Shown piece after piece: positions 19,538 through 28,864 of a stretch of DNA of 64,000 nt (position 1 is the stretch's first letter; every line of letters starts with the position of its first letter). The stretch comes from Clostridium sp. (GTDB taxonomy: Bacteria > Bacillota > Clostridia > Lachnospirales > Lachnospiraceae). The notes below the pieces were generated by a model, which ran no database searches, was not told where the DNA came from, and saw only the letters and a list, made by a program, of their open reading frames with translations. The DNA lies in the NCBI GenBank assembly GCA_031275405.1, contig JAISOV010000022.1:135-64134 (forward strand), in the 5' to 3' direction. Made by a program: the position numbers and the translations under genes.

Positions 19538-21241
19538 TTACGGGCTTATTTCCACTTCCAGGGTACCTGCCGCCGAACAGGGTATTTCCAGCACCGCGCC
19601 GCTGCTGCCCTCTGTCACCATGGCCTGGTACCTTGCCAGATACCCGCTCTTGATTTTCATTTCCTTAGGCTGCCAAGCCGTCCGGCGCCGCGCCAGTTCT
19701 TCCTCCGAAACCAGTACGTCCAGCCTGTTTCCCGGGATGTCGATACGGATCCCATCCCCTTCCTCCACCAAGGCGATGGGCCCGCCCGCCGCCGCTTCCG
19801 GCGACACATGGCCGATGGAAGCCCCCCTGGACGCTCCGGAGAACCGCCCGTCAGTGATCAGCGCCACACTGGAGCCTAAGCCCATGCCGGCGATGGAAGA
19901 AGTCGGATTCAGCATTTCACGCATTCCCGGCCCGCCTTTTGGCCCTTCGTACCGGATGACCACCACATCCCCCGCCGTGATCCCGCCGCCCCGGATGGCT
20001 TCGACAGCCGCTTCCTCGCAGTCGAAGACCCTCGCCGGCCCTTCGTGAACCAGCATTTCCGGCACCACGGCGGAACGTTTGACCACCGCGCTGCCCGGAG
20101 CCAGGTTCCCGCGCAGGACAGCGATTCCGCCCGTTTCGGAATAAGGAGCCTCGATCGGACGGATCACCTGCGGATCCCGGTTGACACAGCCCCGCAGCGC
20201 CTCGCCCAAGGTCTGCCCGGTCACGGTCATGCAGTCCAGATACAGCAGATTTTTCTTCGTCAGTTCGCTCATCACCGCATAGACGCCTCCCGCTTCGTTC
20301 AGATCCTCCATATAGGTCGGCCCCGCCGGAGCAAGGTGGCAGAGGTTAGGCGTCACGGCGGAAATCTCATTGGCAAGCCCCATGTCCAGCCGCACATCCG
20401 CTTCTTTCGCGATGGCGGGCAGATGGAGCATGGAGTTCGTGGAACAGCCCAGCGCCATGTCCACGGTCAGGGCGTTGCGGAACGCCTTTTCCGTCATAAT
20501 ATCCCTTGGCCGGATGTTTTTCTCCACCAGTTCCATGATCTTCATCCCGGCGTGTTTCGCCAGGCGGAGCCGCTGGGAATGCACCGCGGGAACCGTGCCG
20601 TTCCCCGGCAGGCCCATGCCGAGGGCTTCCGTCAGGCAGTTCAGGGAATTGGCGGTATACATGCCCGAACAGGAGCCGCAGGTCGGACAGGCTTTTTCCT
20701 CATATTCCTTCAGTTCTTCCTCAGTCATGGTTCCCGCCGCCACGCTCCCCACCGCTTCAAACAAGGAAGAAAGGCTTGTCTTTTTCCCTTTGACCCGTCC
20801 TGCCAGCATGGGGCCGCCGGACACGAAAACCGTGGGAAGGTTGACCCTCGCCGCCGCCATCAGCAGTCCCGGCACGTTCTTGTCGCAGTTGGGAATGCAG
20901 ACCAGCCCGTCGAAGCCATGCGCCAGAGCCATGCACTCCGTGCTGTCGGCGATCAGGTCACGGGTGACAAGGGAGTATTTCATGCCCGCATGTCCCATGG
21001 CGATCCCGTCGCACACCGCGATGGCGGGAAAGACCACGGGCATTCCCCCCGCCATCGCCACGCCGATTTTGACGGCTTCCGTGATTTTATCCAGATTCAT
21101 ATGGCCGGGAACGATCTCATTATAGGAGCTGACGATCCCGATCATCGGGCGGCGGCGTTCTTCCTCCGTATAGCCCAGCGCGTTGAACAGGCTTCTATGG
21201 GGAGCCTGTGCCGCTCCTGCCTTTACCGTATCGCTTCTCAT
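19538..21241 (-). CDS. ilvD: dihydroxy-acid dehydratase
   Basis: Recognised blocks are [46 protein letters not shown] and [10 protein letters not shown]. Confidence 0.95.
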   Translation of the reverse strand: MRSDTVKAGAAQAPHRSLFNALGYTEEERRRPMIGIVSSYNEIVPGHMNLDKITEAVKIGVAMAGGMPVVFPAIAVCDGIAMGHAGMKYSLVTRDLIADSTECMALAHGFDGLVCIPNCDKNVPGLLMAAARVNLPTVFVSGGPMLAGRVKGKKTSLSSLFEAVGSVAAGTMTEEELKEYEEKACPTCGSCSGMYTANSLNCLTEALGMGLPGNGTVPAVHSQRLRLAKHAGMKIMELVEKNIRPRDIMTEKAFRNALTVDMALGCSTNSMLHLPAIAKEADVRLDMGLANEISAVTPNLCHLAPAGPTYMEDLNEAGGVYAVMSELTKKNLLYLDCMTVTGQTLGEALRGCVNRDPQVIRPIEAPYSETGGIAVLRGNLAPGSAVVKRSAVVPEMLVHEGPARVFDCEEAAVEAIRGGGITAGDVVVIRYEGPKGGPGMREMLNPTSSIAGMGLGSSVALITDGRFSGASRGASIGHVSPEAAAGGPIALVEEGDGIRIDIPGNRLDVLVSEEELARRRTAWQPKEMKIKSGYLARYQAMVTEGSSGAVLEIPCSAAGTLEVEISP

Positions 21242-22341
21242 GCTCCAGACCCTGCCTTTCCTGCTTTTTCTTCCACCAGATCCCCCATCCGGGAACAGCC
21301 CGTCCGCACACAGCCGGGCGACAGAATATCCCCGGTGCGGTAGCCCTCTTTCAGCACCTGCCTGACGGCGGCCTCCACCGCCCGGGCCTCGTCCTCTAAA
21401 TCGAAGCTGTAGCGCAGCAGCATGGCGGCGCTCAGAATGGTGGCAAGGGGGTTGGCGGCGTCGCGCCCGGCAAGATCCGGCGCGGAACCGTGGCTCGGCT
21501 CATAAAGCCCGAATTTCGTATCGTTCAGGCTGGCGCTCGGCAACATGCCGATCGACCCGGTGATCATGCTCGCTTCATCCGAAAGGATGTCGCCGAACAT
21601 ATTTTCCGTAAGGATCACATCGAACTGGGCGGGATTTTTGACCAGCTGCATGGCGCAGTTATCTACGAGCATATGCTCCAAGGCGACCTCGGGATAGCCC
21701 TTTGCCGTTTCCTCCACGACCGACCGCCAAAGCCTGGAGGAATCCAGTACGTTCGCCTTGTCCACGCTGGTCACTTTCTTCCTCCGCTTCCGGGCGGCTT
21801 CAAAGCCTTTCACCGCGATCCGGCGGATCTCGTTTTCATCATAGGCCAGCGTGTCCACGGCCTTGCGCAGGCCATTTTCCACGGTCGTCCTGCGTTCCCC
21901 GAAATACAGCCCTCCGGTCAGTTCGCGCAGGATCAGCAGGTCGAACCCCGCGCGGCTGATTTCTTCCCGCAGAGGGCAGGCGCCGGAAAGCTCCTCATAT
22001 AAAACGGCGGGGCGCAGATTGGCGAACAGATCCAGCTCCTTGCGGAGCGCCAGAAGCCCCGCTTCCGGGCGCAGATGAGGGGGGAGCCGATACCAGTGGG
22101 AAACAGAGGCGTCTCCGCCGATGGAACCCATCAGCACCGCTCCCGCCGCTTTCGCGGCGGCGAGCGTCTCCCGCGTCAGGGGAACCCCATAAGCGTCGAT
22201 AGAAGCCCCTCCCATCAAAAGATCCGTAAAAAGAATCTCATGGCGGAACACAGCGGCCACCTTTTTCAGCACTTTTTTGGCTTCCGCCACGATCTCCGGC
22301 CCTATCCCGTCTCCGGGAATACAGGCAATACGCAGTTCCAT
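21238..22341 (-). CDS. leuB: 3-isopropylmalate dehydrogenase
   Basis: Recognised blocks are [21 protein letters not shown]... and [26 protein letters not shown], followed by [13 protein letters not shown] chose the ATG at 22341, which has GGAAAGGA ~12 nt upstream. The gene overlaps the ilvD start by 4 nt. Confidence 0.93.
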   Translation of the reverse strand: MELRIACIPGDGIGPEIVAEAKKVLKKVAAVFRHEILFTDLLMGGASIDAYGVPLTRETLAAAKAAGAVLMGSIGGDASVSHWYRLPPHLRPEAGLLALRKELDLFANLRPAVLYEELSGACPLREEISRAGFDLLILRELTGGLYFGERRTTVENGLRKAVDTLAYDENEIRRIAVKGFEAARKRRKKVTSVDKANVLDSSRLWRSVVEETAKGYPEVALEHMLVDNCAMQLVKNPAQFDVILTENMFGDILSDEASMITGSIGMLPSASLNDTKFGLYEPSHGSAPDLAGRDAANPLATILSAAMLLRYSFDLEDEARAVEAAVRQVLKEGYRTGDILSPGCVRTGCSRMGDLVEEKAGKAGSGA

Positions 22342-22522
22342 TCTTTCTCTCATCCTTTCCAGATCGGGCAAGTTCTGTCCGAAAGAACCAGACTTCCGGC
22401 TCCGGCCATCCGGTCTTGTATGTTGCAAAGCGTCCCAAACGCCGGTTCTGAAACTGCCATAGGCAAAAAAAGAACCATGGCGCCAAGTCCGCGCCCACAG
22501 TCCTTTTTGTCCCGCCGCCCGT

Positions 22523-22837
22523 TCAGGCTCCGGCAGCTTTCTCCACGCGGCTGATGGCTGACTTCTGCATAGGAATGCGGCAGTTTTTGTTGTTGCCAAA
22601 CTCCACGATCACGGTATCATCGGTAATGTCGATGACGCTCCCGTAAAAACCGGAGGAAGTAAGGACATAATCACCCGTCTCCAATGCCGCCAGCATAGCC
22701 GCCACCCTCTTCTGCTCTTTTTTCTGCGGCCTCATCATAAAGAACCACATGCCGCCCAGCAGAACTACCCAGATCAGAATAACCGGCAGCCCGAAAAGCC
22801 CTTCGCCCGCCGCTCCCGCTGACAATAACACTCCCAT
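22523..22837 (-). CDS. yajC: preprotein translocase subunit YajC
   Basis: This 104-aa protein has one TM segment followed by [10 protein letters not shown]...[17 protein letters not shown]. It lies downstream of tgt, as in many bacteria. Confidence 0.9.
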   Translation of the reverse strand: MGVLLSAGAAGEGLFGLPVILIWVVLLGGMWFFMMRPQKKEQKRVAAMLAALETGDYVLTSSGFYGSVIDITDDTVIVEFGNNKNCRIPMQKSAISRVEKAAGA

Positions 22838-22998
22838 TTCATTTCCTCCTGTTTCCTTAGGCTTGTTCTTAAATCACTATGATACACAAAAACGCCCTGA
22901 TACGCAAGCGATTTCTGAAATTATGCCGAATTTGCCAAACTCGGCCAAGGAAAACCCTGGTTTTTTGCCGCCCTTTCCAAAACACCGAACGGAAAACG

Positions 22999-24123
22999 TC
23001 AGTTTTGCAGCTTCTCCAGTTTCCGCTTCTTATACCCGGCAAAATCCCCGGCTTCCAGCGCGTCTCGGATCTCTTCCATCATCGTATTGTAAAAATACAG
23101 GTTATGCAGGACACAGAGCCGCATTCCCAGCATTTCCTTCGCTTTGAGCAGATGCCGGATATAGGCTCTGGAATACCTGCGGCAGGCAGGACAGGCGCAG
23201 CCCTCCTCAATGGGTCCGGCATCCGTTTCGTATCCGGCGTTGAAAAGGTTGAGCTTTCCTTGGTTGGTGTACAGATGTCCGTGCCGTCCGTTTCTGGACG
23301 GATACACGCAGTCAAAAAAGTCTACCCCCCGCTCTACTCCCTCCAGAATGTTCGCCGGAGTACCTACCCCCATCAAATAGGTGGGTTTTTCCAATGGCAG
23401 ATGAGGAACGGTTTCTTCTAAAACAGAATACATTTCCTCGTGGCTTTCCCCGACCGCCAGTCCGCCGATGGCATAGCCGTCCAGATCCATTTCCGTAAGC
23501 CGCACGGCGTGTTCCCTGCGTATATCCGCATAGACCCCGCCCTGGTTGATACCGAACAGCAGCTGACGGGGATTCAAGGTGTCTTCCCTCCGGTTCAGCT
23601 CGTCCAGCCTTTTCCTGCAACGCTCCAGCCACCTGGTCGTCCGTTCCACGGACTGGCTGACATACTGCCGGTCCGCCTTGCTCGGGGGACACTCGTCAAA
23701 TGCCATGGCGATGGTGGAAGCTAAGTTGGACTGGATCTGTACGCTTTCCTCCGGACCCATGAAAATCTTCCGCCCGTCCACATGGGAGCGGAACTCCACG
23801 CCCTCTTCTTGGATCCTGCATAAAGCCGCCAGGGAAAATACCTGGAATCCGCCGGAATCCGTGAGGATCGGCTTATCCCATGACATGAAACGGTGCAGCC
23901 CTCCTGACTGACGGACTACGTGGTCGCCGGGCCGGACGTGCAGATGATAGGTATTGGATAACTGTACCTGGGTCTTAATCTGTTCCAGATCCGCCGTGCT
24001 GACCGCCCCTTTGATCGCGGCGGCGGTGCCGACATTCAGGAACACAGGCGTCTGGATGGCGCCGTGTACGGTGTGAAAGACTCCCCGCTTAGCGCGGCCT
24101 TCCCGTTTCAGCAGCTGATACAT
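22999..24123 (-). CDS. tgt: queuine tRNA-ribosyltransferase (tRNA-guanine transglycosylase)
   Basis: Recognised blocks are RGVFHTVHGAIQTPVFLNVGT, ILTDSGGFQVFS, FGINQGG and the Zn site CACPACRRYSRAYIRHL. The start was trimmed to the ATG at 24123. Confidence 0.95.
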   Translation of the reverse strand: MYQLLKREGRAKRGVFHTVHGAIQTPVFLNVGTAAAIKGAVSTADLEQIKTQVQLSNTYHLHVRPGDHVVRQSGGLHRFMSWDKPILTDSGGFQVFSLAALCRIQEEGVEFRSHVDGRKIFMGPEESVQIQSNLASTIAMAFDECPPSKADRQYVSQSVERTTRWLERCRKRLDELNRREDTLNPRQLLFGINQGGVYADIRREHAVRLTEMDLDGYAIGGLAVGESHEEMYSVLEETVPHLPLEKPTYLMGVGTPANILEGVERGVDFFDCVYPSRNGRHGHLYTNQGKLNLFNAGYETDAGPIEEGCACPACRRYSRAYIRHLLKAKEMLGMRLCVLHNLYFYNTMMEEIRDALEAGDFAGYKKRKLEKLQN

Positions 24124-24151
24124 ACGATTTTCTTCCTGATTTATCATCTTC

Positions 24152-25297
24152 CTATAAGTCTTCCCAAAATTCTTCTAAGGTAATCCCGGCTCCCATGATC
24201 ACCTTTGCCGCGTCCTTGCCCACATAGCGGAAATGCCAAGGCTCGTATTCGATTCCGGTTATGTATTCTTTCCCTTTGGGGTAGCGCAGGATGAAACCGT
24301 ACCGCGCGGCGTTCTCCACCAGCCATTGTCCGGCCGATGTGTCCCCGAATCCCGCGTCCAGAGCCGTATAGGTATCGCAGACAATGTCAAGGGCCAGCCC
24401 GATCTGGTGTTCGCTTGCCCCCGGAACCGTCACGGTATGGCTGGAATACTTGAACGCGTCCATATAAGACATCCCTTTCTGCACGTAGCGCGAGACCTTC
24501 CGGTTGAACAGCATTTCCTGATACGCCATATCCCGGTAGGGCGAGAGGATGACCAGACTCAAGCCCTCGTCCTTCGCCCCTTGGAGCATGGCCAGCAGAT
24601 CGCCCAGAATCCGCTCATCGCATTGCATGTTTCCTTTGATCGTTCCGAGGGAGAAGGTATAATCCTCCGGAATGGGGTGCTGTTTGTTGATCAGTATCAG
24701 CCGCCAGTCGTCCTTGGAGAAAACCGGCGCCTCGCCGCTGGCTTCCGCCCCCGTTATGTAATCGTCTAAGACCCTGCTTTCCAGGATTTCATCCACATCA
24801 TATTTATCCGCGTCTTCCAGCCCATGAAGTTCCGCGTCCTCATAGCCGTCCGATACGTCCTCAGCCTCCAGAAGCGAAAGCTCCGCCGGGTCGATCTCGG
24901 TTTCCTTGGCAAGCGACACCGGCCGGACGCCCGGATCCACGCCGCCATCCGGAATGCCGTCTCCCGGAAGATCTTCCTCCCAAGACGCCGTCTCGGAAAA
25001 CGCCGTTTCCGCAGAGTCCGTCCCGGACGCCCCGTCTCTTCGAGAAGTCGTCCCGGAAAAAACATCTTCCAGACCTGTGGAAAAAATCGGGAAAGAAAAA
25101 CTGCTGAAAACCGCAAAGAAAAAAAACGTCATCACAAGCATTGCCAGCCGCTTGCCATTGCCTTTGACGGATTCTACGAGATGAACCCAAGTAAGTACGA
25201 CGACCAGAACCGGTACGACGAACGCGCACAGGAACCGATTCTTCCTCCCCAACCGCAGAAGGCTCATCCTGATTCTTTCTTTTAACGGCTTTTTCAC
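24152..25297 (-). CDS. D-alanyl-D-alanine carboxypeptidase, VanY/peptidase M15B family, membrane-anchored
   Basis: An N-terminal TM segment and an acidic linker precede the M15B blocks LINKQHPIPEDY, SPYRDMAYQ, GASEHQIGLALDI and EPWHFRYVG. The apparent start is a GTG at 25297, with GAGGA 9 nt upstream. Confidence 0.8.
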   Translation of the reverse strand: MKKPLKERIRMSLLRLGRKNRFLCAFVVPVLVVVLTWVHLVESVKGNGKRLAMLVMTFFFFAVFSSFSFPIFSTGLEDVFSGTTSRRDGASGTDSAETAFSETASWEEDLPGDGIPDGGVDPGVRPVSLAKETEIDPAELSLLEAEDVSDGYEDAELHGLEDADKYDVDEILESRVLDDYITGAEASGEAPVFSKDDWRLILINKQHPIPEDYTFSLGTIKGNMQCDERILGDLLAMLQGAKDEGLSLVILSPYRDMAYQEMLFNRKVSRYVQKGMSYMDAFKYSSHTVTVPGASEHQIGLALDIVCDTYTALDAGFGDTSAGQWLVENAARYGFILRYPKGKEYITGIEYEPWHFRYVGKDAAKVIMGAGITLEEFWEDL

Positions 25298-25478
25298 ATT
25301 CCATATCCTCGACGCTTTTCCTCTATCAGTGTTATTTTATCATACTTCTCTCTTTTCTGCACATTTTTTTTAAGTTTTTTTGTTTTGGCCTGACCGTGGG
25401 CTTACGCATACAGGCCGCCGACCATGTACGGGAACCCATACCCGACCACGCCTTATGAGAGTCCCCAAGAGAGCCGCA

Positions 25479-25577
25479 GGGCGCGGCTTCCTGACGCAGG
25501 AGCGGCAAAGCGGAGCCGGACTTAGCGGTATGCAAAAAGAGGATGGGCGCGGCTTCCCGACGCAGGAGCGACAAAGC
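25479..25577. repeat. two 33-nt direct repeats, 66-bp period, intergenic
   Basis: gggcgcggcttcctgacgcaggagcggcaaagc (25479-25511) and gggcgcggcttcccgacgcaggagcgacaaagc (25545-25577) are identical at 31 of 33 positions. Confidence 0.7.
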
Positions 25578-25827
25578 CTCTCCGCCCAGGTTTTCAGCTT
25601 GTAAAGCGTTCGCTCGCCTTCCGGCGCGCTACCCGCCCAGGAACGCAGGCTGCTTCGCGGCTGTATCGGCAGGGACTTCCCATCAAAAAACACGGACGGA
25701 AGTGTGTAATACCCATCGAAGAGCTGCCGGAAAACAGCCTGGCCGGGTACGTCAATATCATGGCAGCGCGCGGCGATCATCTCGCGAAACGGATTTCTGT
25801 TCCGCTGACAGGCACAGCTGAAAAAGA

Positions 25828-26970
25828 CTATCGGGTCTGCAGACGATTCAAAGCCTCCGTCATCAGGAACATCAGCACGGCGAAAAAGAACAGGAACGCC
25901 GGATATGGCGCCAAGCTGATATGATTCGCGATGATCCCGAACAGCGGCGGAACGAAGGTCGAGCCTGTGTACGCGCTCGCCATCTGGACACCGACAATCG
26001 ACTGTGAATTTTCCGCTCCGAAATTTGCAGGCGTGGAGTGAATGATACTCGGATAAATCGGAGCGCAGCCAAGCCCGGCCACGACAAGCCCGGGTAAGGC
26101 CGCGCCGCTCCACGGAAGCCATAACGACGCCGTTCCTGCCGCGATGACCGCGAGTCCGAGCCGAATCATATTCCTGTCGCCGATTCTGTCAGAAACAAAG
26201 CCGCAGACAAACCGCCCGCCCGTAATGCCGAGATAAAACAGCGAAGCATATCCCGCGGCAGTTTCCGCAGCAATTCCGCGCTCAGCGACAAGATAGCTTG
26301 TCGCCCAAAGTCCGGCTGTCGTTTCGAGCGCGCAATAACCGAAAAACGCAATCAGAATATACTTTGCGCCCTTGATTTTCCACACTTTTCCGGCTCTGTG
26401 AGCCGCCGTCTTCTCCGTTCCGGTTCGCTTGTTCCAAAGCGGCAGGCTGGCGAAAAGCGCGGCGGCCAAGACCAGCTGAATCCCCGCGACCGTGCGGTAC
26501 CCGCCGCGCCAGCCGAAATCGCCCGTCAGACAGGCGCTCATGATGTACGGGCTGACGGCGGCGCCGACGCCCCAAAAACAGTGCAGCCAGTTCATATGCC
26601 GCGATCGATAGTGCAGGGCGACATAGTTGTTGAGCGCCGCGTCGATCGCTCCCGCGCCCAGTCCATAAGGAACGGCGAACAGACAGAGCGGCGCAAACGA
26701 GCCTGCCATTGAAAATCCAAGCAGCGCGACCGCAGTCAAAGCGGTGCTGGCCGCCGTGACAGGCCCGGGGCCGAGCTTTCTTGTCAGGCGGTCGGACATC
26801 AGGCTTGATAAAATCGTGCCGCCCGCGATGATCATCGAAACCGTTCCCGCATACGAAACCGGAACGCCCAGCTCTCCTCGCATCACCGGCCACGCCGAGC
26901 CGAGAAGCGAATCCGGCAGTCCAAGACTGATAAACGCAAGATAAATGATGGCAAGCAGCATGGAAAACAT
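25828..26970 (-). CDS. MFS transporter
   Basis: The protein has a 12-TM-like hydrophobic profile, starting MFSMLLAIIYLAFISLGLPDSLLGSAWPVMR. The ATG at 26970 is preceded by GGAGGAAGCA. The longer ORF up to 27180 only reads through the 69-bp repeats. Confidence 0.8.
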   Translation of the reverse strand: MFSMLLAIIYLAFISLGLPDSLLGSAWPVMRGELGVPVSYAGTVSMIIAGGTILSSLMSDRLTRKLGPGPVTAASTALTAVALLGFSMAGSFAPLCLFAVPYGLGAGAIDAALNNYVALHYRSRHMNWLHCFWGVGAAVSPYIMSACLTGDFGWRGGYRTVAGIQLVLAAALFASLPLWNKRTGTEKTAAHRAGKVWKIKGAKYILIAFFGYCALETTAGLWATSYLVAERGIAAETAAGYASLFYLGITGGRFVCGFVSDRIGDRNMIRLGLAVIAAGTASLWLPWSGAALPGLVVAGLGCAPIYPSIIHSTPANFGAENSQSIVGVQMASAYTGSTFVPPLFGIIANHISLAPYPAFLFFFAVLMFLMTEALNRLQTR

Positions 26971-27016
26971 TGCTTCCTCCTTTGCACGACTTTCGCAGCC
27001 GCTTTGTTTACGCGCA

Positions 27017-27231
27017 GGATGCCAGGACTGCTCCGCAGTCATGGCAAGGGCATGGCCATTCGGCCTGTATCCTATCCTGCGGATAGGATGCCAGGACTGC
27101 TCCGCAGTCATGGCAAGGGCATGGCCATTCGGCCTGTATCCTATCCTGCGGATAGGATACCAGGACTGCTCCGCAGTCATGGCAAGGGCATGGCCATTCG
27201 GCCTGTATCCTATCCTGCGGATAGGATACCA
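27017..27231. repeat. 3 x 69-bp tandem repeat, each junction forming an 11-bp-stem hairpin
   Basis: The unit starts at 27017, 27086 and 27155, with a partial fourth start at 27224. The copies are almost identical. Each carries the palindrome gtatcctatcc-tgc-ggataggat(a/g)c, for example at 27067-27091. Confidence 0.9.
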
Positions 27232-27328
27232 CAGTTTGCTTGGCCAGCGCTACCCTGCGCCCGAATGGTAATTTTCGGATTGTTTCGCGGAAGCCGCCTG
27301 AAAAATCGGCCGGCTGCGCGATACGAAC

Positions 27329-27357
27329 TTGCCAAGCCGCTCCTTTTTCGCTATAAT
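27329..27357 (+). promoter_or_regulatory. candidate aroC promoter (TTGCCA-17-TATAAT)
   Basis: ttgcca lies at 27329-27334, followed by a 17-nt spacer and tataat at 27352-27357. This is ~130 nt upstream of the aroC ATG. Confidence 0.5.
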
Positions 27358-27485
27358 GGCTATAGTTATGGTTGTGCTGCTTGGTTCTGTCGCCTGGCTA
27401 TGGTATTTATCGTATTGCTTTGTTTTGTCGCTTGGTTTTGTCGCCTGCTTTTGGGGTATACACAGACGCAAAGGAGGTTTCCGCT

Positions 27486-28730
27486 ATGGCAGGATCTACA
27501 TTCGGCACCATCTTCCGAACCACCACCTGGGGAGAATCCCATGGAAAAGCGCTGGGCGCGGTCATCGACGGCTGTCCGGCGGGGCTTCCTCTTTCGGAAA
27601 CGGACATTCAGAACTATCTGGACAGGCGCAGGCCCGGCAGGAGCCGGATCGCCACCGCCAGAAAAGAGAAAGATGAAGCGGAGATCCTGTCCGGCGTCTT
27701 CGAGGGGCATACCACCGGCGCCTCCATTTCCCTCATGGTACGCAACACCGGCCAGATTTCCGCAGATTACAGCGAGCTTGCTTCCTGCTACCGCCCCGGA
27801 CACGCCGACTATACTTACGACAGCAAATACGGCTTCCGGGATTACCGGGGAGGAGGGCGTTCCTCCGGCAGGGAGACCGTCGGCCGGGTGGCCGCCGGAG
27901 CCGTGGCCGCCAGGCTTCTGGAATCGCTGGGGATTTCCGTCTGCGCCTATACCCGTTCCATCGGGCCGGTCGAAGCCGACCCTTCCTGCCTGCTGAGCGG
28001 CAGGGAAGCCGGATCTCGCGGCAGCTGCCCGCAGGTTCCTCCAGGACACGCAGAAACTGGCCACGGAAACGCCGGGGCTTGCGGCGCCCTCCCCTCATGG
28101 TTCGACCGGGAAGCCGTCCTTTCCACTCCAACCGCCATGCCTGACCGGAAAGCCGACGAAGAAGCCCTTTCCTTCCTGGAAAACGCCATGGCGCGGGGGG
28201 ATTCCGTGGGAGGGTGCATTGAGTGCGCCGTCCTGGGGCTTCCCGCCGGGATCGGCGATCCGGTGTTTGAAAAACTGGACGCCAACCTTGCGAAAGCCGT
28301 CCTGTCCATCGGCGCGGTAAAGGCGGTGGAGTTCGGCGACGGCTGCCGCTCCGCCCAAGCCGCCGGAAGCGCAAATAACGACTGCTATTACCTGGAGGAC
28401 GGCGAGATCCGTAAGGCCACCAACCACGCGGGCGGCGTCCTGGGGGGCATCAGCGACGGCTCCCCCCTGATCCTGCGGGCCTATGTGAAGCCCACGCCCT
28501 CCATCTGCCGCCCGCAGCAGACCGTGAACAAAGTCCCCCCTTTGGACGTCGTTCACGGTACCCACAGTGTTTCCGGAGAAATCACTCTCCGGATCAGAGG
28601 CCGCCACGATCCCGTCATCGTTCCCCGCGCCGTCGTCGTGGTGGAAGCCATGGCCGCCCTCACCGTTCTGGATGCCCTGCTCCTGAATATGACCGCGAGG
28701 CTCGACTCGGTCAGGAAGTTTTACCGGTAG
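27486..28730 (+). CDS. aroC: chorismate synthase
   Basis: Recognised blocks are FGTIFRTTTWGESHG, RRRPGRS, RPGHADYTYDSKYG, GGGRSSGRET, GDSVGG and GRHDPVIVPRA. The ATG at 27486 follows aaaggagg. The protein is ~414 aa, longer than the usual ~360-390 aa. Confidence 0.93.
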   Translation: MAGSTFGTIFRTTTWGESHGKALGAVIDGCPAGLPLSETDIQNYLDRRRPGRSRIATARKEKDEAEILSGVFEGHTTGASISLMVRNTGQISADYSELASCYRPGHADYTYDSKYGFRDYRGGGRSSGRETVGRVAAGAVAARLLESLGISVCAYTRSIGPVEADPSCLLSGREAGSRGSCPQVPPGHAETGHGNAGACGALPSWFDREAVLSTPTAMPDRKADEEALSFLENAMARGDSVGGCIECAVLGLPAGIGDPVFEKLDANLAKAVLSIGAVKAVEFGDGCRSAQAAGSANNDCYYLEDGEIRKATNHAGGVLGGISDGSPLILRAYVKPTPSICRPQQTVNKVPPLDVVHGTHSVSGEITLRIRGRHDPVIVPRAVVVVEAMAALTVLDALLLNMTARLDSVRKFYR

Positions 28731-28864
28731 CCGCCTGGTTCTGCCCGTGCCGTTCACCGGTCAGCTTTTGGGATCCTGACCGGCAGGGTGCTGTCTATGC
28801 CGTTCACCGGCCCCTTGTTCCATGGAGTGCTTTCCGGCCAAACCAACCGCTGGCGGCGGCGCGG

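Noticed and set aside
22342-22522. A T-box or other leader upstream of leuB-ilvD-ilvB.
   Set aside because: The 180-nt interval has no T-box sequence (no ..GGUGGNACCGCG.. element) and no specifier-loop arrangement. It contains only a weak yajC terminator-like hairpin followed by a T run.
25370-26122. A 250-aa minus-strand ORF spanning the gene-free interval and the 3' end of the MFS gene.
   Set aside because: It overlaps the well-supported MFS CDS by ~300 nt in another frame. It is Arg/Cys/Pro-rich and has no family resemblance.
26971-27180. N-terminal extension of the MFS ORF with the repeated peptide MTAEQSW(H/Y)PIRRIGYRPNGHALA, and the mirror ORFs 26945-27271 and 27004-27996.
   Set aside because: They are produced only because the 69-bp (23-codon) tandem repeat keeps the frames open. 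A strong RBS and ATG at 26970 mark the real start of the transporter.
27368-27676. An aromatic-rich upstream ORF in the aroC leader acting as a classical attenuation leader peptide.
   Set aside because: There is no RBS, no stop before aroC (the frame runs ~190 nt into the gene) and no terminator/antiterminator pair.
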